A stretch of 64,000 nt of DNA from contig FR889219.1 of the NCBI GenBank assembly GCA_000431815.1, positions 422-64,421 of the forward strand, written 5' to 3'. This document shows positions 59,601-64,000 of the stretch, in pieces; the stretch's first letter is position 1; the number at the start of each line of letters is the position of its first letter. Source of the DNA: Butyrivibrio sp. CAG:318 (GTDB taxonomy: Bacteria; Bacillota; Clostridia; Lachnospirales; Lachnospiraceae). Below the pieces are notes generated by a model. That model made no database searches and was not told the origin of the DNA. It saw only the letters and a program-made list of their open reading frames with translations. A program made the position numbers and the translations under genes.

Positions 59601-59737
59601 TTGAGGCCTTTGTCTCTGAAGAAATGAAAATTCTCGGTCTCCAGTGGCATCCGGAACGCCGGTTTGAAACGGAAAATGCGCAGGAAGAGACACGTAAGAT
59701 AGTTTTGGATTTTATAAGAAAATATGTCACGAGGTAA
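56690..59737 (+). CDS. fusion of L-glutamine kinase-like PEP-utiliser-family enzyme (Cj1418-like) and class I glutamine amidotransferase/C26 hydrolase (Cj1417-like)
   Basis: ATP-grasp (TKA, IVRSSS..EDS...SNAG, DIEFA, FQVRPL), central domain (WNPSEIIG, HDKIEF, YGHLRSGTYDI), phospho-His domain (ADPGY, GGVASHMAIR), then ITQR...GGG...RD...TCRGMQ...NYH...QWHPER. Confidence 0.8.
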   Translation: MMNNSYGHQMVSTKANTLYALSKVITKSKIEKMYILPVAEYEKNSDDIIDDIAKRFGGDMIIVRSSSSKEDSFKTSNAGHYESVMGINSADPEQVRKAIAKVMHSYMQDSEDIENEQILVQRQAQNVHYSGVIFTRDIQENRPYYLINYDDQGSTDSVTSGRGGKTLWILKNTDITGVDAPWGALIAAVQEIELFLNGMALDIEFAVNYSGEIIIFQVRPLVASYKHGKEIDDRDFFERCTNIRNQYLSDTNVITGTPMMLSDMAFWNPSEIIGTNPRELEYSLYDEIITSHAWNYGIAGLGYRKLDRKLMYRLGNKPYICLEYSFYSLIPQSVNEDLAIKLVKYYCNKLKHDLTSHDKIEFEIAFTIYDFCTEKGSLELLESGFSENEREEFLKALYELTENALYNHEKILQEDLMSLKQLENVRRPIEYALSCDALSTSEMLKGALDLIDVIPHYGTVQFTRQARLAFMARTFCRTLVEAGYFTNEEMDGFMKSINTVSSRFDSDFEKFSDGRMSRDEFNSKYGHLRSGTYDIRTDRYDRMSFRPASGRKRTASASGNVDLDEDKLKKALADIGFRITPADFQAFLRSAIEQREYFKFEFTKALSLVLELLISVGEDLDIKRRELSWMNVDDMRKCVAIGNTEEYKHVLENIFERRKSEYILNRMIILPEVITRDSDIGIVPVSEARPNFITSKHVEGELIVLEDEPGADLADKIVAIPKADPGYEWIFTKGIKGFITQYGGVASHMAIRCAEFEIPAAIGCGEKIYNYVTGMSYIDLDCRNGRIEEGLQYKNLRALITQREGVNQYGDPTDVLEAAYIRFYELLGFIPVPVSNHTKNYEKLFDERVDLLIVVGGGSLNPKHYDRMHNDELQPHRDATEEKMIRYCTAHGMPIIATCRGMQYVNVLFGGKLAYHPKLKVKRPRGEDHKVYLVREDREIYVNNYHQDCIFEKDLAPCLTPVAIDRDNGVVEAFVSEEMKILGLQWHPERRFETENAQEETRKIVLDFIRKYVTR

Positions 59738-59742
59738 GTGTA

Positions 59743-60366
59743 ATGAAATATGACGGTATTATATTTGATATGGATGACACAATATGGAATACGGAAAAAG
59801 AAGTCTGTCTGGCATGGAACAAGGTACTTGCCGATGCCGGACATCCCAAACGTGTAACTGGTGATGAACTGGCCGGATATATGGGGCTTCCGATGACTGA
59901 GATTGCGAAGCGGATGTTTGGCACGGATAATTACGACAGTGTGGCAGAACTTTTTGGACGCTGCATGCAGTACGAAAACGAATATATTGCAAAACATGGA
60001 GCAACATTATATCCTGATTTAATAAATACGCTGAAACAGATGTATACAAAAATACCGCTCTTTATAGTCAGCAACTGCCAGTCGGGATATATCGAGGCTT
60101 TTTTTAAGGCATATGATACAGCCGGGTATTTTAAGGATTATCTGTGCTTTGGAGACACGGGAGAATTAAAAGACCATAATATAAGGCTGCTTGCCCGTCG
60201 CAATAACCTTAATTCCCCGGTATATATAGGGGACACCAAAGGCGATTGCGAAGCGGCACATGCAGCCGGTGTTGATTTCATATGGGCATCATATGGATTC
60301 GGCCATTCGGATAATTACGAAGGCAGAATTGATAAGTTTGCCGATATATTATCAATATGTGAATAA
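59743..60366 (+). CDS. HAD-superfamily hydrolase
   Basis: FDMDDT motif I, IVSN motif II, K motif III and YIGDTKGD motif IV. Confidence 0.88.
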   Translation: MKYDGIIFDMDDTIWNTEKEVCLAWNKVLADAGHPKRVTGDELAGYMGLPMTEIAKRMFGTDNYDSVAELFGRCMQYENEYIAKHGATLYPDLINTLKQMYTKIPLFIVSNCQSGYIEAFFKAYDTAGYFKDYLCFGDTGELKDHNIRLLARRNNLNSPVYIGDTKGDCEAAHAAGVDFIWASYGFGHSDNYEGRIDKFADILSICE

Positions 60367-60367
60367 A

Positions 60368-61993
60368 CTATTTCATAAGATGCAGCTTGCGCGCGATTCT
60401 TTCTATTCTCAGCCCCATTGGGAAATCCAGTAAATCTTCGTGCGTAAGCCCTTTCATAAGGAAAATCACGGCAAAATAAATCAATATTCCGATCAGGATA
60501 CACATTCCGGCGGATACAAAGTTGACTACATAAGAGAGATTTGTTACATCTCCGAACGGAAGCCTGATAAGGGCAATCACACCGCCCATAACAGCCGATG
60601 CTGCGAGCGGCAGAAGGAACGATTTTGTTATTTCCTGCTTATATCGTGCATACTTGTTGACTGAAATCCAGTTCAGTATACATACGACCAGCGGGTATGT
60701 GACGGTTCCTATCATGAGGACATACACGCCGAGATTTGTGAATTTAAGAAGCACAACTACAAGCACGACATGTATTGCAAGAGATATCGCCGAATGCCTT
60801 ACCGGAAGATTCATCTTGTCAAGCCCCTGAAGGGCGGCATTGGTTATAGTTGACAGAGCATAGAATATGACTGCTGCGCCCCCGTAGAAAAGCATCCGTC
60901 CTGAAATCACATAATCGGTTGAAGGAAAAAGCATTTTCATAATAGGTTTGCCGAGAACCATAAGTCCGACAGCACATGGGATGGCGACAAACATATTTAC
61001 CTTGACGGAGGTAGCAAGCTTCGCGCGGAAACTGTCATTATTGCCGACGGCACGCAATGATACGAGCGTAGGTATCATAGAAGATGCCATAGCCGACGAA
61101 ATTGCAACGGGCACATTGATCAGTGTCCGATATTTGGAAAAAATTCCTACCATTACCGAACGGTCATCACCGGCATAAAGTTTTCCAAAAAGCGTTCCGT
61201 CAATTATTCCGCTTGCCTGGTATACAGTCTGGCTTAAAATGATTGGAATTATAGTAATTGCAAGCATGTGACCTATCTCACGCGGAGTATCATCATGTGT
61301 TGCCCTGTCATGTGTGAGATGGACATGCATACGCGGTCTGTATGCGATAAAAAGAAATATAAGGAAAGCAAGTCCGGCAATGGCACCGACCAGTGTTCCG
61401 AGCGTTCCTCCGGCTGCCCCCATTCCGGCACGGTTGGAATCCGTGGAAACCTTAACGAAAAGCCATGCAGCGAATATGCTCACGGCAGCATTGAATATCT
61501 GTTCAACAATCTGTGACACTGCGGTAGGTATCATGGTTTTGCGGCTTTGGAAGAAACCTCGCATGGTTCCCGCAACGGCTACAACGAATATAGTCGGTGA
61601 GAGTACACGCAGCGGTATGGTAAGCCCTTCATAACCTGTGAACCGTTCTATTGCCGGCGCAGCAAAAAATATTATTGCCATCATGACAAAACCGGCAGTC
61701 GAAGCAAAAGCCAGCGCATATTTGAAAATTCTGTATCCGTTGTGATATTCTTTGCGGGCAAATTTACCTGATAAGAGCTTGGATACTGCCAAAGGCATAC
61801 TGTATGATGACAGAATCAGGGCAAAAGAGTAGATCTCAAAGGCATAACTGTAAAGACCGTTGCTCTTATCGCCGATTATCGCTGTCATCGGGCTTCTGTA
61901 AAGAAGTCCGATAACGCGTGAAAGGACGGATGCAGCGGCCAGTATAGAACCCTGTTTTATAAAATTATTGGAATCCGATCGTTTGTTTCCCAT
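60368..61993 (-). CDS. polysaccharide biosynthesis / MOP flippase (SpoVB/YtgP/MurJ-like)
   Basis: About 14 TM; SRVIGLLYR.P, MPLAVSKL, RGFFQ, PTAVSQIVEQ and LQGL. Confidence 0.85.
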   Translation of the reverse strand: MGNKRSDSNNFIKQGSILAAASVLSRVIGLLYRSPMTAIIGDKSNGLYSYAFEIYSFALILSSYSMPLAVSKLLSGKFARKEYHNGYRIFKYALAFASTAGFVMMAIIFFAAPAIERFTGYEGLTIPLRVLSPTIFVVAVAGTMRGFFQSRKTMIPTAVSQIVEQIFNAAVSIFAAWLFVKVSTDSNRAGMGAAGGTLGTLVGAIAGLAFLIFLFIAYRPRMHVHLTHDRATHDDTPREIGHMLAITIIPIILSQTVYQASGIIDGTLFGKLYAGDDRSVMVGIFSKYRTLINVPVAISSAMASSMIPTLVSLRAVGNNDSFRAKLATSVKVNMFVAIPCAVGLMVLGKPIMKMLFPSTDYVISGRMLFYGGAAVIFYALSTITNAALQGLDKMNLPVRHSAISLAIHVVLVVVLLKFTNLGVYVLMIGTVTYPLVVCILNWISVNKYARYKQEITKSFLLPLAASAVMGGVIALIRLPFGDVTNLSYVVNFVSAGMCILIGILIYFAVIFLMKGLTHEDLLDFPMGLRIERIARKLHLMK

Positions 61994-61999
61994 AAGAAA

Positions 62000-63616
62000 T
62001 TATTTATCCTTATTATCCTTGTGCTTAAGTGCCGCCTCAATAAGTCCTCTGAAAAGAGGATGAGGTCTGTTAGGCCTTGATTTGAGTTCCGGATGTCCCT
62101 GCGTTGCGATGTAGAAAGGATGTCCCGGAAGTTCACACATCTCAACTATCCTGTTGTCAGGAGATGTTCCCGAAAGCAGAAGTCCTTTCTCTGTAAGAAC
62201 AGCACGAAAATCATTATTAACTTCATAGCGGTGTCTGTGACGCTCGGAAATATTATCTGTTCCGTAAAGACTGTGGGCGAGAGAATTTTTGGCAAGTACG
62301 CATGGGTATGCACCGAGCCTTAATGTTCCGCCTATGTCTTCAATGCCGTTCTGGTCAGGCATAAGTGCGATCACAGGATGGGTCGTATTAGGATTCATCT
62401 CGATGCTGTGGGCATCACGGAAACCTACAACATTACGTGCATATTCAACAATCGTAAGCTGCATTCCGAGGCACAGACCGAGGAATGGAATCTTATTTTC
62501 CCTTGCATATCTGATTGCAGTTATCATGCCTTCGATTCCTCTTGTTCCGAAACCACCCGGTACAAGAATACCATCAACCTCGCCGAGAAGCTCGTCTACA
62601 TTATCTTCCGTTACGGTCTCGGAGTCAACCCATTTGATATCTATTGTGGCGTGATTGGTTATTCCGCCATGTTTAAGTGCTTCAACAACACTGATGTAAG
62701 CATCGTGAAGCTGGACATATTTACCGACGAGTGCGATGGTTACCTTGCTGGTAGGATGTCTTAAATCATCAACCATCTTATGCCAGTCATCAAGATCCGG
62801 TTCAGGGCAGTTAAGGTGCAGGCTTTCACATGCGACCTGCGCGAGATGCTCTTTCTCCATTGCAAGAGGAGCCTCGTAGAGGTATTCAACATCAAGGTTC
62901 TGCAATACATGGTCACTCGGAACATTACAAAATAAAGCAATTTTGTCCTTGATACCCTGATCGAGAGGATGCTCGCTTCTGCACACTATGATGTCGGGCT
63001 GGATACCCATGCTCTGGAGATCCTTGACACTGGCCTGCGTAGGCTTTGTCTTAAGCTCCTGCGAAGCACTGAGGTATGGGATGAGGGTTACATGAATAAG
63101 AATTGCATTCTCATGGCCGACTTCATGCTGGAACTGACGTATTGATTCGAGGAACGGCTGGCTTTCGATATCACCGACTGTACCGCCGACCTCGATAATT
63201 GCGATTCTTGTATCGTCATCTGTAAAATTACGATAGAATCTGCTCTTTATTTCATTCGTTATATGAGGAATGACCTGAACGGTTCCGCCGCCGTAGTCTC
63301 CGCGGCGCTCTTTCTGCAGGACAGACCAGTATACCTTACCGGTTGTCACATTGGAATTCTTGTCAAGGCTTTCATCTATGAATCTCTCATAATGGCCGAG
63401 ATCAAGGTCCGTTTCTGCGCCATCATCTGTTACAAATACCTCACCATGCTGGATAGGATTCATTGTACCCGGATCGATGTTGATGTATGGATCGAACTTC
63501 TGCATGGTTACCTTGTAACCTCTTGCTTTTAACAGTCTGCCGAGGGAAGCTGCGGTGATTCCTTTACCGAGACCCGAAACAACTCCGCCCGTTACGAAGA
63601 CATATTTGACTGGCAT
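62000..63616 (-). CDS. pyrG: CTP synthase
   Basis: [37 protein letters not shown] and HPE. Confidence 0.97.
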   Translation of the reverse strand: MPVKYVFVTGGVVSGLGKGITAASLGRLLKARGYKVTMQKFDPYINIDPGTMNPIQHGEVFVTDDGAETDLDLGHYERFIDESLDKNSNVTTGKVYWSVLQKERRGDYGGGTVQVIPHITNEIKSRFYRNFTDDDTRIAIIEVGGTVGDIESQPFLESIRQFQHEVGHENAILIHVTLIPYLSASQELKTKPTQASVKDLQSMGIQPDIIVCRSEHPLDQGIKDKIALFCNVPSDHVLQNLDVEYLYEAPLAMEKEHLAQVACESLHLNCPEPDLDDWHKMVDDLRHPTSKVTIALVGKYVQLHDAYISVVEALKHGGITNHATIDIKWVDSETVTEDNVDELLGEVDGILVPGGFGTRGIEGMITAIRYARENKIPFLGLCLGMQLTIVEYARNVVGFRDAHSIEMNPNTTHPVIALMPDQNGIEDIGGTLRLGAYPCVLAKNSLAHSLYGTDNISERHRHRYEVNNDFRAVLTEKGLLLSGTSPDNRIVEMCELPGHPFYIATQGHPELKSRPNRPHPLFRGLIEAALKHKDNKDK

Positions 63617-63861
63617 CTTATTTTCCTCCTGACGTATTATTCAATAATGTTTAATACTAGCACGATTTGATGAATAATTCCATAAGAAATTGCAAAAAAA
63701 TAGAAAGCATTTATTCAGTTTATATTTATTTAATAAAGGTTATGGAAATTTATCAATTATATTTATTGATTTATAACGCCAAAATAACTATAATGTAGGT
63801 AATCTTATATCTATCACGGCACCGCCGTGGTGGCAGTGACATATTTTTATAAGGAGCGCTA

Positions 63862-64000
63862 ATGGATAATAACAATTATAACAACAACGGCGGCGGTTAT
63901 AATAATAACGGCTATAACAACCGTGGCAATGATGGTTACAATAACCGTGGCAACAATAACGGAAACAATAATAACAAGCGTGGATTAAGGCCGGGACATA
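63862..64000 (+). CDS. 5' end of a gene with an Asn/Gly/Tyr-rich N-terminus (truncated by the window edge)
   Basis: RBS AAGGAG; ATG 63862; MDNNNYNNNGGGYNNNGYNNRGNDGYNNRGNNNGNNNNKRGLRPGH, open to the window end. Confidence 0.7.
   Translation, partial: MDNNNYNNNGGGYNNNGYNNRGNDGYNNRGNNNGNNNNKRGLRPGH

Noticed and set aside
60368..63616. Flippase and pyrG as part of the phosphoramidate pathway (CTP supply, glycan export)
   Set aside because: Opposite strand, typical housekeeping genes; adjacency alone is not evidence.
63617..63720. B. subtilis-type pyrG reiterative-transcription attenuator
   Set aside because: No GGGC start or leader terminator is visible on the minus strand.

Overview
A 64-kb window of a low-GC Firmicutes chromosome; gene content and order suggest a spore-forming, probably motile gut Lachnospiraceae-like clostridium (inference). 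It is mostly housekeeping: bile salt hydrolase, PutP/MgtE/KtrAB transporters, a P-type ATPase behind a yybP-ykoY (Mn2+) riboswitch, a small alarmone synthetase, msmX, CdaR-ftsEX-M23-ctpA-uvrBA-dacB, a Na+-translocating biotin decarboxylase operon, degV, a MurJ/SpoVB-like flippase and pyrG. I saw no rRNA, tRNA, CRISPR array, IS element or prophage. Two regions stand out. (1) A ~12-kb Ser/Thr-kinase signalling locus (15.6-27.4 kb) encodes a Zn-ribbon-PASTA protein, a PASTA/LRR receptor pseudokinase and an orphan LytTR regulator with Ser at the phospho-acceptor Asp position. That regulator is preceded by a perfect 15-bp direct repeat. The locus also holds Zn-ribbon/FHA proteins (one pair separated by a single in-frame amber codon plus a G9 tract), an intact kinase fused to a solute-binding-like domain, and a large BspA-type LRR/FN3 surface protein. 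(2) A stand-alone two-gene operon (56.7-60.4 kb) encodes a fusion of an L-glutamine kinase-like (Campylobacter Cj1418-type) enzyme with a Cj1417-type glutamine amidotransferase/hydrolase, plus a HAD phosphatase; this is a candidate phosphoramidate (P-N bond) pathway outside any capsule locus. Also noted: an inserted secreted-protein/ABC cassette, a protease-less Lon-like ATPase, a ~140-nt palindromic element and several candidate operators. All family assignments come from motif recognition by eye; no searches were run.
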